A stretch of 64,000 nt of DNA from Escherichia phage phiWec188, in sequence record LC739537.1; one strand, given 5' to 3'. Below are positions 27,729 through 36,723 of the stretch, one piece after another. The stretch's first letter is position 1. Each line of letters opens with the position of its first letter. The position numbers and the translations under genes were made by a program. Below the pieces are notes generated by a model, which saw nothing but the letters and a program-made list of their open reading frames with translations, had not been told where the DNA came from and searched no databases.

Positions 27729-27931
27729 TGGCTTATAATTATTATTGCGTTTACGCAAATGAAGCAAAGAAAGGCGACACTGGCACTAACGTCTATGCAG
27801 AATCAGAAACACATGCAAAAGAAATTGGTGCGATCCTTCTGTCACGTTGGACAGGTGGTAACTATTCTGCTGTGGATTTGTTCGCAGAAATGGATGATAC
27901 CATCCAAGAAGATACTATCACCACAACCTGA
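27728..27931 (+). CDS. hypothetical protein (67 aa)
   Basis: TAATG overlap. Confidence 0.45.
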   Translation: MAYNYYCVYANEAKKGDTGTNVYAESETHAKEIGAILLSRWTGGNYSAVDLFAEMDDTIQEDTITTT

Positions 27932-27995
27932 TATTGCTTGAAGTAGTTGGTACTCTCCTTGTTTCGGCAAGGAGGGTATTTTTAAGGAGGAAGTT

Positions 27996-28187
27996 ATGCA
28001 AGAGAATGAAGAGGTAGTTGTTAAAAAGTTCCCGACACGTACACAGGCAGTCAACTTTGCTTCTGATTTGCTTGTAGATGTGGAAGGAGTTCTCATTAGA
28101 CATGAAGGGGATTCCTGGAATGTCTCTTATAACGTAAACAGATCAATTATCTATTTAGGAGAAGAGAACTTCTCTCGTATAGATTGA
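27996..28187 (+). CDS. hypothetical protein (63 aa)
   Basis: TAAGGAGGAAG RBS. Confidence 0.5.
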   Translation: MQENEEVVVKKFPTRTQAVNFASDLLVDVEGVLIRHEGDSWNVSYNVNRSIIYLGEENFSRID

Positions 28188-28201
28188 TCGAAGGAGTAGT
28201 T

Positions 28202-28774
28202 ATGCGTTCTACTTACACAGGTAAGATTAATTCTGGTATCATTTTAGCAGTAGCAGGAATCATCAGCAAAACTTTCAAAGTGGCAAACCTACCAGAGTGT
28301 GTAGATTTTGACCACGTATTCAATCCATTAAATCCTTCTCGTTGTGTTGTTCGTAGCAACATTGAGAATCCAAACGAGAACTTGTTTTATGTAACATCGC
28401 CTTCACAAAGTATTCTAAACCAAGTGGAGGCTAAAATTATTACCGAAGGTAGTTATTTCTCATTGCTACCTTGTAAATCGGTGGCGATTGAAGATAGTAT
28501 CACCTTCGCAAATAACTTGGTCTTGACCATGTTCATGGTTTCTGATAAAGACTGTGGAGAGGATATGGTTTTAGCTGTAAGGAATGTTTATGACACATTG
28601 GGTATTGCTTATAGCTGTAAGTTGTGCGATGATTATAAATCTTGTTCAGACTTTTACATAAATGGTGTTCGGGTATGTCGTGTTGAATCCTACTGGGTGC
28701 AAGACACATACGTAACAGTAGCGAACGTGATCAATGAACCTATGTTCAGCCACGCTTTAGCGTTAATCATTTGA
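28202..28774 (+). CDS. hypothetical protein (190 aa)
   Basis: GAAGGAG RBS at internal ATG. Confidence 0.5.
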   Translation: MRSTYTGKINSGIILAVAGIISKTFKVANLPECVDFDHVFNPLNPSRCVVRSNIENPNENLFYVTSPSQSILNQVEAKIITEGSYFSLLPCKSVAIEDSITFANNLVLTMFMVSDKDCGEDMVLAVRNVYDTLGIAYSCKLCDDYKSCSDFYINGVRVCRVESYWVQDTYVTVANVINEPMFSHALALII

Positions 28775-28784
28775 GGAGGAAGGG

Positions 28785-29114
28785 ATGGAAATTACTACAG
28801 AACAGGCTCTTATCGACGAAGGGCGTAAAATCTTAGAGAAGCATTTGGGAGATATACATCAAACCCCTGGCTACTTAGGGTGGCGCATGGTTGAAGCTGT
28901 AGATTTCCTTCCTCGCACCAAACAAGACGTTGAAATGCGTTCTCTGTTTTTGCTTGTTAAGGTAGACGGAGATACGCCTTTCAAGCTGGCAGCTTCACAC
29001 ATTGAGAAGGTGGAGGAGAAAGCTTATTCAGAGTTTGCCGAACTCGTATTACAGGAGGATCTCGAAGGGAAGGTAAACATTTTTATTTTTCTGGATTTTG
29101 AGGAGGAGATATGA
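28785..29114 (+). CDS. hypothetical protein (109 aa)
   Basis: GAGGAGGAAGGG RBS. Confidence 0.5.
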   Translation: MEITTEQALIDEGRKILEKHLGDIHQTPGYLGWRMVEAVDFLPRTKQDVEMRSLFLLVKVDGDTPFKLAASHIEKVEEKAYSEFAELVLQEDLEGKVNIFIFLDFEEEI

Positions 29115-29848
29115 TTTTATATAAAGAGATTACCGTGGAGCAGGATCAAGACCTCTTCATTATCGGGGACTTGCATGGTTGCTACGATCTTTACTTGAAA
29201 GGTAAGAATTATCTTGGTATCCGAGATACAGATGTGGTTGTGTCTCTCGGAGATTTGACAGATCGTGGTAAACAAAACTTCAAATGTGTTGTAGAGTTTT
29301 GTCGCAAAGAGAATCGTTATGCTCTCTGTGGTAATCACGAAGATATGATGATTAAAGGCTTACTGGAAGGGGATCGTCGTTACTACGAATGTTGGTATCA
29401 GAATGGTGGTCATACGGTATTGGCAGAATGTGATGAAGAAGGATCTACTCTGCTCGCTACGATGGTTGAGGACAACCCTGTGATTTTGGTTGTGAACTAT
29501 CGAGGTATGAAGTTAGGGTTTATTCATGGTGGATATCCTTCCTCTTTTGAATATCTTCCCCTGACAGACATACCACACCTACGTATGAGCAAAGCAAAAG
29601 AAGCTACTTTCGCTGAAGCTTTGATGTGGGATCGTGATATGGTGGAGTGTGCCAAAGAAGGCATGAAACTTCCGGTTGTTATGGGTGTTGATTATGTGTT
29701 TCACGGGCACTCTTATGTGAAAGAACCTTTGATCAATGCTAATCGTGTTTATATGGATACTGGGTCTGTTTTCAATAACAACTTAACGTTTGCCTATTTT
29801 GATGCAGACGGTGGACTTCAGTTTTATTCAACTTTACAGGAGGATTAA
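29111..29848 (+). CDS. Ser/Thr protein phosphatase, lambda-PP-like (245 aa)
   Basis: GDLHGCYD, GDLTDRG, GNHE motifs of PPP-family phosphatases. Confidence 0.8.
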   Translation: MILYKEITVEQDQDLFIIGDLHGCYDLYLKGKNYLGIRDTDVVVSLGDLTDRGKQNFKCVVEFCRKENRYALCGNHEDMMIKGLLEGDRRYYECWYQNGGHTVLAECDEEGSTLLATMVEDNPVILVVNYRGMKLGFIHGGYPSSFEYLPLTDIPHLRMSKAKEATFAEALMWDRDMVECAKEGMKLPVVMGVDYVFHGHSYVKEPLINANRVYMDTGSVFNNNLTFAYFDADGGLQFYSTLQED

Positions 29849-30141
29849 TGTATAAAATTACAATCGTAGAATCTGTGGGCGAGATTCGTAAAGAAATTAT
29901 TCTGGAGACGGAAGATCTGGAACTGGTACGTGAAATCATAATTGGGAAGGATGTAGATAAGGTTGAGTCGGACGCTCCGAATCTGATGATCGATGATCAA
30001 TATGCAGAATTTCGTCGTATTTTTGAGGAGGAAAGGAAGAAGTGGGGCAAAGAACCACACGTTTTTCGTCCTTATAATCCATATCCTTCTGGTGATCCGT
30101 GGATCATGACTAACAGAAACCCGTTTGAAATAACCTGTTGA
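29848..30141 (+). CDS. hypothetical protein (97 aa)
   Basis: TAATG overlap. Confidence 0.45.
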   Translation: MYKITIVESVGEIRKEIILETEDLELVREIIIGKDVDKVESDAPNLMIDDQYAEFRRIFEEERKKWGKEPHVFRPYNPYPSGDPWIMTNRNPFEITC

Positions 30142-30149
30142 GGTGGCTT

Positions 30150-30728
30150 ATGAGCAACCTATTTTACACAGGTGTGGGAAGTCGAGAGATAACCCACGAA
30201 GAATGGGATTTAATGGTCGCTGTAGCAAAGTGGTTGGCTAACTGTGGTTTTACTTTACGTTCAGGTAATGCAAACGGTAGTGACTCTGCTTTCGAAACTG
30301 GTGTAGAAGAATCTAAAAACAAAACTCTCAAGGAGATTTATATCCCTTGGGAGAAGTTTGAAGGTAATGATATCCCAGGTGAGAAAATAGTGCTTGCTAA
30401 TCCTGACAGTATGAACTATGCTATCAGTCTCCAGTGGATAAAGGAAATCCATCCAGCATTTGATAAACTTAAACAAGGTGCACGTAAATTGCATCAACGT
30501 AACGTTCATCAGGTGTTGGGACAAGACCTGGAGCATCCTGTGCCTTCCTTATTCTTATTGGCATGTTCCAAAGAGGATAAGAAGGGAGATGTTATGGGTG
30601 GAACACGGACGGCGTGGCTCATCGCTAAAGCTAATAACGTTCCATGTTTTAACTTACGTGGTAAAACAAAGGAAGAACTTTATGCTTTTCTTAAACCGTT
30701 GGTCAAGGGGGCAATCAGTGGCAATTAA
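30150..30728 (+). CDS. Rossmann-fold protein, DprA/Smf- or SLOG-like (192 aa)
   Basis: YTGVGSR...SGNANGSDSAFETG glycine-rich pattern typical of DprA/SLOG nucleotide-binding domains; weak. Confidence 0.3.
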   Translation: MSNLFYTGVGSREITHEEWDLMVAVAKWLANCGFTLRSGNANGSDSAFETGVEESKNKTLKEIYIPWEKFEGNDIPGEKIVLANPDSMNYAISLQWIKEIHPAFDKLKQGARKLHQRNVHQVLGQDLEHPVPSLFLLACSKEDKKGDVMGGTRTAWLIAKANNVPCFNLRGKTKEELYAFLKPLVKGAISGN

Positions 30729-31242
30729 GTTAGATCGTGCAAACGTAGGTAATCGTTTTAACCTTAGTCGTATAAACGAGGACACAGATGTTACAGCAGA
30801 TATTGAAAAAATCATGCAGGGTATTGTCCATCACGGTTTGCGTTTTGCCAGAGATTTGGTAATCTTTCGTTATGACGGAGAAGATGATCGTTCAAAGAAT
30901 GATGGGATTATCTTCGTAGATAAAGATTTAACCCAAGCAGATATTGAACAGATCAACCGTTATTTTATTGGTGTAGGGGATCTTCAAGACACGCAGCTTG
31001 CACGTATGGCAGAAATTCTGGCGAATAAATTGTTGCAAGATATCGGAAAAGTTCTTGACAAAAATCCAAAACATGTTATAGTGACTATCCACAAAATGAG
31101 TTTTATTAAGTATCTTAACAAACCTGGTAAACTGGGTTATGGGTGGATACGCACAAGTGGACCACAAACCACTCTCGAAACCGAGATGTGCTATACAATT
31201 GAAGAAGTAAAACGTGAGGAGGGAGAGAATGGCGGAATTTAA
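30718..31242 (+). CDS. hypothetical protein (174 aa), probable GTG start
   Basis: AAGGGGG RBS 6 nt before GTG; ORF-track N-terminus overlaps upstream gene. Confidence 0.4.
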   Translation: MAIKLDRANVGNRFNLSRINEDTDVTADIEKIMQGIVHHGLRFARDLVIFRYDGEDDRSKNDGIIFVDKDLTQADIEQINRYFIGVGDLQDTQLARMAEILANKLLQDIGKVLDKNPKHVIVTIHKMSFIKYLNKPGKLGYGWIRTSGPQTTLETEMCYTIEEVKREEGENGGI

Positions 31243-31519
31243 TGAAGTGAAAAGTTACGAAAGCAACTTCGTAAGCAATTGGGAAGCATGGGATGAGATG
31301 GGTGTTGGTGAACTCTATTTCTACAATGTAACCCTTCGTCCAGAATATCAACATCTCATTCCAGAAGGCACTGTGCAGATCGGTATGTTCATGTCTTCTC
31401 AAGACGGTGTTGTGCAGTTTGAGTTTTACTCTGACACAGAACAGAACGAATTCACTTATCGTGCATTCAATATCGTATTAGCTTTAGGAGAGGAGAAATT
31501 TTATGACGACGAAGTATAA
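31229..31519 (+). CDS. hypothetical protein (96 aa)
   Basis: GAGGAGGGAGAGA RBS. Confidence 0.5.
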   Translation: MAEFNEVKSYESNFVSNWEAWDEMGVGELYFYNVTLRPEYQHLIPEGTVQIGMFMSSQDGVVQFEFYSDTEQNEFTYRAFNIVLALGEEKFYDDEV

Positions 31520-31700
31520 AACAGTAGCAGAAGCACTGAAAGCAGCACACGAAGCCATTGCAGAAGCTGAACAATTGGCTGATGAAACTGGCACAAGTTT
31601 TCACTTCTCAGTTGAATATGGGATGGGTGGTACTTATGACCCAGAAGATGAGAACGAATACACTGGGACCAACTGGCACCCATCTTCCCTCGGTTGTTAA
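31503..31700 (+). CDS. hypothetical protein (65 aa)
   Basis: AGGAGAGGAG RBS. Confidence 0.45.
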   Translation: MTTKYKTVAEALKAAHEAIAEAEQLADETGTSFHFSVEYGMGGTYDPEDENEYTGTNWHPSSLGC

Positions 31701-31714
31701 TAAGGAGAAATAAA

Positions 31715-31933
31715 ATGAGTGATCGTAATGCACAAGCATTAGCAGACAAAGCAAAAGCTATCATGTCCTTGGTAGATGAACTTACAAAAGAAGCAGAAAA
31801 GGAAGGTTTCGGTCTTAGCTTAGAAAACAATGCAATCTGTTTTGAAGATTGGCAATCTTCTGCTTGCTACGGCGAAGCTGATGATGGTTTCACCGTTGAC
31901 TCTGACGGTGTTTGGTACAGCAGTAATTGTTAA
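31715..31933 (+). CDS. hypothetical protein (72 aa)
   Basis: TAAGGAGAAA RBS at internal ATG. Confidence 0.5.
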   Translation: MSDRNAQALADKAKAIMSLVDELTKEAEKEGFGLSLENNAICFEDWQSSACYGEADDGFTVDSDGVWYSSNC

Positions 31934-31942
31934 GGAGGGATC

Positions 31943-32212
31943 ATGTCAGAAGGTATCGCCTTAATCAAGGCAAAAGTTAAAGAGATGGAAGCATCACAAC
32001 AGAAGTTCCGCAACGAGATTGAAGAACTTTGTGAGCAGTTCCAAGAACAAGCGTGGATCGGTGATTACGGGAATGGGGAAACTTATTACCCAACAGGAAC
32101 AAACGCAGAAGAACATTACCTCACCTATATCTGCGGAGATTATGATGTTGAGATTGACGAAAACGGTCTGATGACCCAAGGTCTTTGGGTGTCTTCCTCG
32201 GAAATGTGCTAA
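31943..32212 (+). CDS. hypothetical protein (89 aa)
   Basis: TAAGGAGGGA RBS. Confidence 0.5.
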   Translation: MSEGIALIKAKVKEMEASQQKFRNEIEELCEQFQEQAWIGDYGNGETYYPTGTNAEEHYLTYICGDYDVEIDENGLMTQGLWVSSSEMC

Positions 32213-32219
32213 TAAATAA

Positions 32220-32246
32220 TAACCCGCTTCGGCGGGTTTTTTATTG
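32220..32246 (+). terminator. rho-independent terminator (ACCCGC-TTCG-GCGGGT + TTTTTATT)
   Basis: perfect stem, tetraloop, T-run. Confidence 0.65.
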
Positions 32247-32253
32247 TGTGAGT

Positions 32254-32284
32254 GTTGACAAGACACGAAGAACCTGGTAGACTT
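32254..32284 (+). promoter_or_regulatory. candidate promoter TTGACA-N17-TAGACT
   Basis: consensus -35 just after terminator, weaker -10. Confidence 0.35.
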
Positions 32285-32311
32285 GTCTCATCAACTAAGA
32301 GAGGAGGATAT

Positions 32312-33256
32312 ATGAAAGTATTAATCGGTAGTCGTGCGTTGGAAATGATTTGTCGTTCTCGTGGTGTAGAACTGTATCGTGCTTGCGTAGATCTGGATTA
32401 CCTCTGCACTGAAGAAGAGTGGCAAGCAGAAGCCCAGAAATTCTCGAAAGATCGTTTCGTGGAAATTGTTGAACGTAAAGGTAACAAAGGGCATATCAAA
32501 ATGATCGCGGGTGCTCATCTGGAATACGATATTGCTCAACCAGGGGATTCTACAGAAGCATTGATCGAATATATTAAAGAGAATGCAGATCATCTGCCAC
32601 ATATTGGTTACGATGTGGTTGCACCTTTGGATGTTTTGTATCTCCTGAAAATGAGTCACCGTTTTAAGAAGGACAGTCCTCACTTCCTGAAAACAATGAA
32701 GGATATCCACTTCATGCGCAACCTTGGAGCGAAGATCCCTGAAGAGTTGGAAGATACATACAAACTGCGTCAGAAGGAGTCCTATAATTACGGGCACCCT
32801 AATCTGAACGTGAAAAGTAAAGATTTCTTCAAGGGTGATGAAGTGCCTTATGTGTATGATCACGATACCATCCATGAAGCTGTTGCCGTGTTGGGTGATC
32901 CCGCTTATAAATCATACATGAAAGACGATAGCGAAGTGATGACCAGTAAAGAGAAGTTCTTTGCACAACCTAAACATATCCGTTTGCTGGGTGTTTACGA
33001 AGAAGCTTGTGTCCTGGCATTAGAGCGTTCACAGATCCCGTTTGGGGAAGATGTAGATGGTCCAACTCCTAAACAAAGTTTTATGATGGCTTTATCCAAA
33101 GTTTGTACCTCGATCACCAGTGGATGGTTTCGTGAATATGCCTGGGAAAACTTCCAAGTTGTGGTAAAACTGTATGAGCAAATGGGCCAAGATGATTACG
33201 TGGCACGTTTTAAAGCAAATCTTCACATGGTGAAACCTTACGAAGGAGGTTATTGA
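32312..33256 (+). CDS. hypothetical protein (314 aa)
   Basis: AGAGGAGGA RBS at internal ATG of ORF 32252..33256. Confidence 0.55.
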   Translation: MKVLIGSRALEMICRSRGVELYRACVDLDYLCTEEEWQAEAQKFSKDRFVEIVERKGNKGHIKMIAGAHLEYDIAQPGDSTEALIEYIKENADHLPHIGYDVVAPLDVLYLLKMSHRFKKDSPHFLKTMKDIHFMRNLGAKIPEELEDTYKLRQKESYNYGHPNLNVKSKDFFKGDEVPYVYDHDTIHEAVAVLGDPAYKSYMKDDSEVMTSKEKFFAQPKHIRLLGVYEEACVLALERSQIPFGEDVDGPTPKQSFMMALSKVCTSITSGWFREYAWENFQVVVKLYEQMGQDDYVARFKANLHMVKPYEGGY

Positions 33257-33257
33257 T

Positions 33258-33656
33258 ATGGGTTGGTGTGATCAGTCCCAAAGTTACTTCAAAGTAACAC
33301 ATGTGGATCTCAATAAAGCAAGAGTGAAGTTGTTGAGTATTGAAAAAGAAACAGCAGCTATTGACAAACGCCTCCGAGAGAGTAAAGTGGTAATCACTTC
33401 TTGGTTCGGACTGAAACGTAAAATCCTTACGCAGCGAGAGCATGTAATTAAAAATATGCATGGTTGGGCTTGGTTCCACGACATGGCAAAACACCTGGGG
33501 TACATTTCTACTGAAGAACACGACCTCTTGGAGCTACGTTATCGCCTTCCAGATGTAGAAGATTTAGACTTGTGGATCAGTTCCGAACAAATCTTCTTAA
33601 CCGAGGGCGATTGGAAGAAAGTCAATATTTGTCTTAAATGGAGGGAGAATGAGTAA
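33258..33656 (+). CDS. hypothetical protein (132 aa)
   Basis: GAAGGAGG RBS. Confidence 0.5.
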   Translation: MGWCDQSQSYFKVTHVDLNKARVKLLSIEKETAAIDKRLRESKVVITSWFGLKRKILTQREHVIKNMHGWAWFHDMAKHLGYISTEEHDLLELRYRLPDVEDLDLWISSEQIFLTEGDWKKVNICLKWRENE

Positions 33657-34332
33657 AGTAGTTTTATCAACATTTGATGGATCTGGGATCATGGTACTTC
33701 GTTACGCAGAAGCAGGGCATAAATGCTACTGTGTAAATGCTGACGAAGGTGATCACGGGGCTTATGAAGTTCGCATGAAACATCCTAACATCACTTACGT
33801 GAACGCATGGATTGATTCCAACTTCAACCCTGAAGATTACGGTATTCCTAAGCCAGATATTATCTTTGGCTTCCCTCCATGTACCATGCTTGCTGGTTGC
33901 GGTAGTAAGCACGAACGTAGCGCAGAAGAATTGGAAGAAGCTTTGGCTAACATTCGTATCGTGGAAGCTTTAGGAAATAAATACAACGTTCCGTGGATGA
34001 TTGAGAATCCAGTGGGTAAACTGTCAACATTGTGGCGTAAACCGGATTTCTATTTCGATCCTTACGAATATGGCGGGTATCTGTTTGATGAAGAAGGCAG
34101 CTTCCACCCTAAAATGCCTACCCGCGACGGTTACACAAAGAAAACCTGTATTTGGCATGGCAATGGTTTTGTTAAGCCTGTGAAGAAGCCTGTGGAACAT
34201 ATTGGTTGCTTCTGGGGCTGGAAAAGTTTAGGCGGAGCAAGTGCGAAAACAAAACAACTCCGATCGTTAACTGCTCGCGGTTTTGCTCGTGCTGTGTTTT
34301 TATCTAACAACCTTTTAGATAAGGAGGAATGA
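33649..34332 (+). CDS. short DNA cytosine-C5 methyltransferase-like protein (227 aa)
   Basis: motif I-like FDGSG, motif IV GFPPC (PC dipeptide with catalytic Cys), motif VI-like ENPVG; shorter than canonical C5-MTases. Confidence 0.45.
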   Translation: MSKVVLSTFDGSGIMVLRYAEAGHKCYCVNADEGDHGAYEVRMKHPNITYVNAWIDSNFNPEDYGIPKPDIIFGFPPCTMLAGCGSKHERSAEELEEALANIRIVEALGNKYNVPWMIENPVGKLSTLWRKPDFYFDPYEYGGYLFDEEGSFHPKMPTRDGYTKKTCIWHGNGFVKPVKKPVEHIGCFWGWKSLGGASAKTKQLRSLTARGFARAVFLSNNLLDKEE

Positions 34333-34997
34333 TGACCCATTTAAAACCTTTTGGTGGAAAACCTATTGTGGCGTATCAAGTAGATCGTGATGATTGGGAA
34401 GGCAGTGTAGTTGTCTTTGGTAATCATTTCTTTGCTGTGCGTCGTAAAGGCGCAAGTATGTTGGATTGTGAGGAGGAGTATTGTCATGTCTCCCGCGCCA
34501 AAGAATTCGACCAGTATGCAGAAAAAGGTTTTGTGCCTGTCAAAGCTTTACTGGAGGCAGGATGGTGGATACACTCTGCTCATGATGGTGTTAGACTTGA
34601 CGAGTCTGTAGATAATCTTGAGGCAGATTTTGACGAATGGGAAGATGGCATGTATATTGAGGAGGATCTTGTATTTTCCCTTGACGAGAAAAGTGTGTGG
34701 AAGAACTGGGAAGAAATGGAACGTCACGCGCATTTTATCAACAACGCTTTGATTCGTAAAGCCTGGTTCACAGAGGCGGTGAAGGTAGCGTATCCGCAAT
34801 TCACCTTTACGGAGGTTTGGGGCGGTCCACACCACATCACCCATACAGCATTTTTCGACTTCCCTGGTTCACGTTACAAAGGTAATGTAATGTGGGACTG
34901 GGATGAGAATGAAGTACCATCTGTTCAAGACTTTCGTTGTTATGTTTGCCAAGGCGATCAAGAAGCCCTTGACAAATACCTGCAAAGTCTGGTATAG
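34329..34997 (+). CDS. hypothetical protein (222 aa)
   Basis: AAGGAGGAATG RBS, ATGA overlap. Confidence 0.5.
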   Translation: MMTHLKPFGGKPIVAYQVDRDDWEGSVVVFGNHFFAVRRKGASMLDCEEEYCHVSRAKEFDQYAEKGFVPVKALLEAGWWIHSAHDGVRLDESVDNLEADFDEWEDGMYIEEDLVFSLDEKSVWKNWEEMERHAHFINNALIRKAWFTEAVKVAYPQFTFTEVWGGPHHITHTAFFDFPGSRYKGNVMWDWDENEVPSVQDFRCYVCQGDQEALDKYLQSLV

Positions 34998-35011
34998 TGC
35001 AAGCAACTGAA

Positions 35012-35041
35012 CAAAGCCTCCTTTTCAGGGGGCTTTTCTTT
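35012..35041 (+). terminator. rho-independent terminator (AGCCTCC...GGGGGCT + TTTCTTTT)
   Basis: stem-loop + T-tract after stop. Confidence 0.5.
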
Positions 35042-35055
35042 TATGAGGAGGGAAT

Positions 35056-35550
35056 ATGTTTCAAGTAGAAATCCATGTGCACAACAGTTGTTCAAATTGC
35101 GAAACTTGTGGTTACAATAGTTCAACCATGATCACTATTAGCGGAGACTTAGGACATGCCAAGTTTGGCGAAGTCGCAAGCTGCTTCAGCGGAGAGGATG
35201 CAGATTGGCATGATATTGCTTTGTGGCTATGCGGAAGACTGAATGTAAATTGTAAAGACTTCCCTGAACTGTTGAGCCGAAATCTTGTCGATAGTCGGGA
35301 ACAAGCCTACAATATTTATGCCGCTTCTGTTTATGTTGATCATAAATGGGTAGAAGATGAAGAAGCTGAACGTTTGCTACGCCTCTACTATGAAGCAGAG
35401 GAAGCTTATGATAACTATTACAGCATGTCCAACATCCTGCGTTTGTTTGCAGAGTTTGATATTTACTTTGAAGTGAGTTATTCTGAAGATGAAGTGTATG
35501 ATTTTGATGACGATGATTACGAGGAGGATGAAGAATGCCAAGACGATTAA
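35056..35550 (+). CDS. hypothetical protein, Cys-rich N-terminus and strongly acidic C-terminus (164 aa)
   Basis: AGGAGGG RBS; CSNCETCG motif; DDDDYEEDEE tail. Confidence 0.5.
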   Translation: MFQVEIHVHNSCSNCETCGYNSSTMITISGDLGHAKFGEVASCFSGEDADWHDIALWLCGRLNVNCKDFPELLSRNLVDSREQAYNIYAASVYVDHKWVEDEEAERLLRLYYEAEEAYDNYYSMSNILRLFAEFDIYFEVSYSEDEVYDFDDDDYEEDEECQDD

Positions 35551-36338
35551 TAGTGATCAGCGGCGCTGGTCTAAGCGCCGATAGCGGTGTACAAACATTC
35601 CGTACAGAAACAGAGAGTGGAAAAGCATTATGGGACGAGTACGATTTAGAGGAGGTTTGTAATATTGGGGCATTCCAGGCAGGTTATCGTAGACGTACAT
35701 GTCCCGATTTACCTGTTATCGGAGGTGAGGATGAGGAAGGATACAACCTCTACAACAAGACCCATGATTTCTATAACAAGCGTCGTATAGAGTTGGATAA
35801 TATAGATCCAAACGCTGCACATCGTCTGATTGCTCGTTTATACTCAGAGTATGGCGCTGATCGTATTTTAAACATTACCACTAACGTAGACGATCTTTTG
35901 GAACGTGCTGGTGTTGTTCACGAAGATGTTCTGCATGTGCATGGCTACCTACCAGAAATTGTAGTGGATCGGAAGTTTATTAAAGAAATCGGTTATGCAA
36001 GTGTGGATGTGGATAAGTACGATTACGTGAAACCTAACGTTGTCTTCTTCGGGGAATCTGCTCCGCTGTACACAGAGATGTACCATATGCTCGATAATCT
36101 CACATCTCAGGATATGGTGATTGTTGTAGGTTGCTCTAATCAAGTGATCAACTTCAACTGGGAGTTGTTCCCAGCCCTCAATACAGGAACAAAGATGGTC
36201 GTAGTTAATCCTGGGGTTAATTACGAAGAAACACTTCTCTATGAAGATCGTGGAGTTTTTGTTTACCGAGAAAAAGCTGCAACAGCCTTCAGTAATGAAG
36301 GTTTCATTAAAATGATCGAAGACCACTTAAACAAATAA
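35535..36338 (+). CDS. SIR2-family (sirtuin-like) NAD-binding protein (267 aa)
   Basis: GAGLSADSGVQTFR (GAGxSxxSGIxxFR), TTNVDDLLERAG (TQNIDxLHxxAG), HG and VVFFGES motifs of Sir2 domain; canonical Cys4 Zn module not evident. Confidence 0.6.
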   Translation: MPRRLIVISGAGLSADSGVQTFRTETESGKALWDEYDLEEVCNIGAFQAGYRRRTCPDLPVIGGEDEEGYNLYNKTHDFYNKRRIELDNIDPNAAHRLIARLYSEYGADRILNITTNVDDLLERAGVVHEDVLHVHGYLPEIVVDRKFIKEIGYASVDVDKYDYVKPNVVFFGESAPLYTEMYHMLDNLTSQDMVIVVGCSNQVINFNWELFPALNTGTKMVVVNPGVNYEETLLYEDRGVFVYREKAATAFSNEGFIKMIEDHLNK

Positions 36339-36343
36339 ACCAA

Positions 36344-36369
36344 CCAAGGGGCTACGGCCCCTTTCTTAT
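36344..36369 (+). terminator. rho-independent terminator (GGGGC-TACG-GCCCC + TTTCTT)
   Basis: stem-loop after SIR2-like gene. Confidence 0.5.
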
Positions 36370-36381
36370 TAGGAGATTACT

Positions 36382-36654
36382 ATGCAACAAGAAACTTTCG
36401 ATTTTTATCTCGCCAATTATGTCTACTACTTCTCTAATGGTACACAGAAAGGGGAAGGCAATCTTTACTTGGCTACCAACACTGGAGCAGGTGTTCGTAA
36501 AGCCAATATTGATTTAGCAAGAGAAACAGTTCGTTCTGGACTGGAAGAGACGCTTGAAACTCCAGTTGTTGTGGTTATACAAACTATCAGTTACCTTGCA
36601 ACCTGTACTAAAGAGGATTTTGAGGCTCCTCAAACGCAATCTAACGAAGCATAA
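36382..36654 (+). CDS. hypothetical protein (90 aa), last + strand gene
   Basis: TAGGAGA RBS. Confidence 0.5.
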   Translation: MQQETFDFYLANYVYYFSNGTQKGEGNLYLATNTGAGVRKANIDLARETVRSGLEETLETPVVVVIQTISYLATCTKEDFEAPQTQSNEA

Positions 36655-36688
36655 AAGAAAGGCACCCACTTGGGTGCCTTTTCTATTT
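36653..36688. terminator. bidirectional terminator at convergence of + and - transcription (AAAAGAAA-GGCACCCA-CTTG-GGTGCC-TTTTCTATTT)
   Basis: perfect hairpin flanked by A-run on one side and T-run on the other. Confidence 0.65.
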
Positions 36689-36723
36689 GAGAGCGTCTCT
36701 GTGCGATTTAAGGGGGTTCTCGG

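Noticed and set aside
956-35000. Numerous ORF-track entries antisense to or nested inside + strand genes (e.g. 956..1138-, 1342..1533-, 1731..1961-, 6550..7002-, 7242..7835-, 8097..8681-, 10487..10957-, 14435..14920-, 16445..16960-, 32321..32875-)
   Set aside because: They overlap better-supported genes on the opposite strand, lack Shine-Dalgarno sequences and break the co-directional operon structure; treated as chance ORFs.
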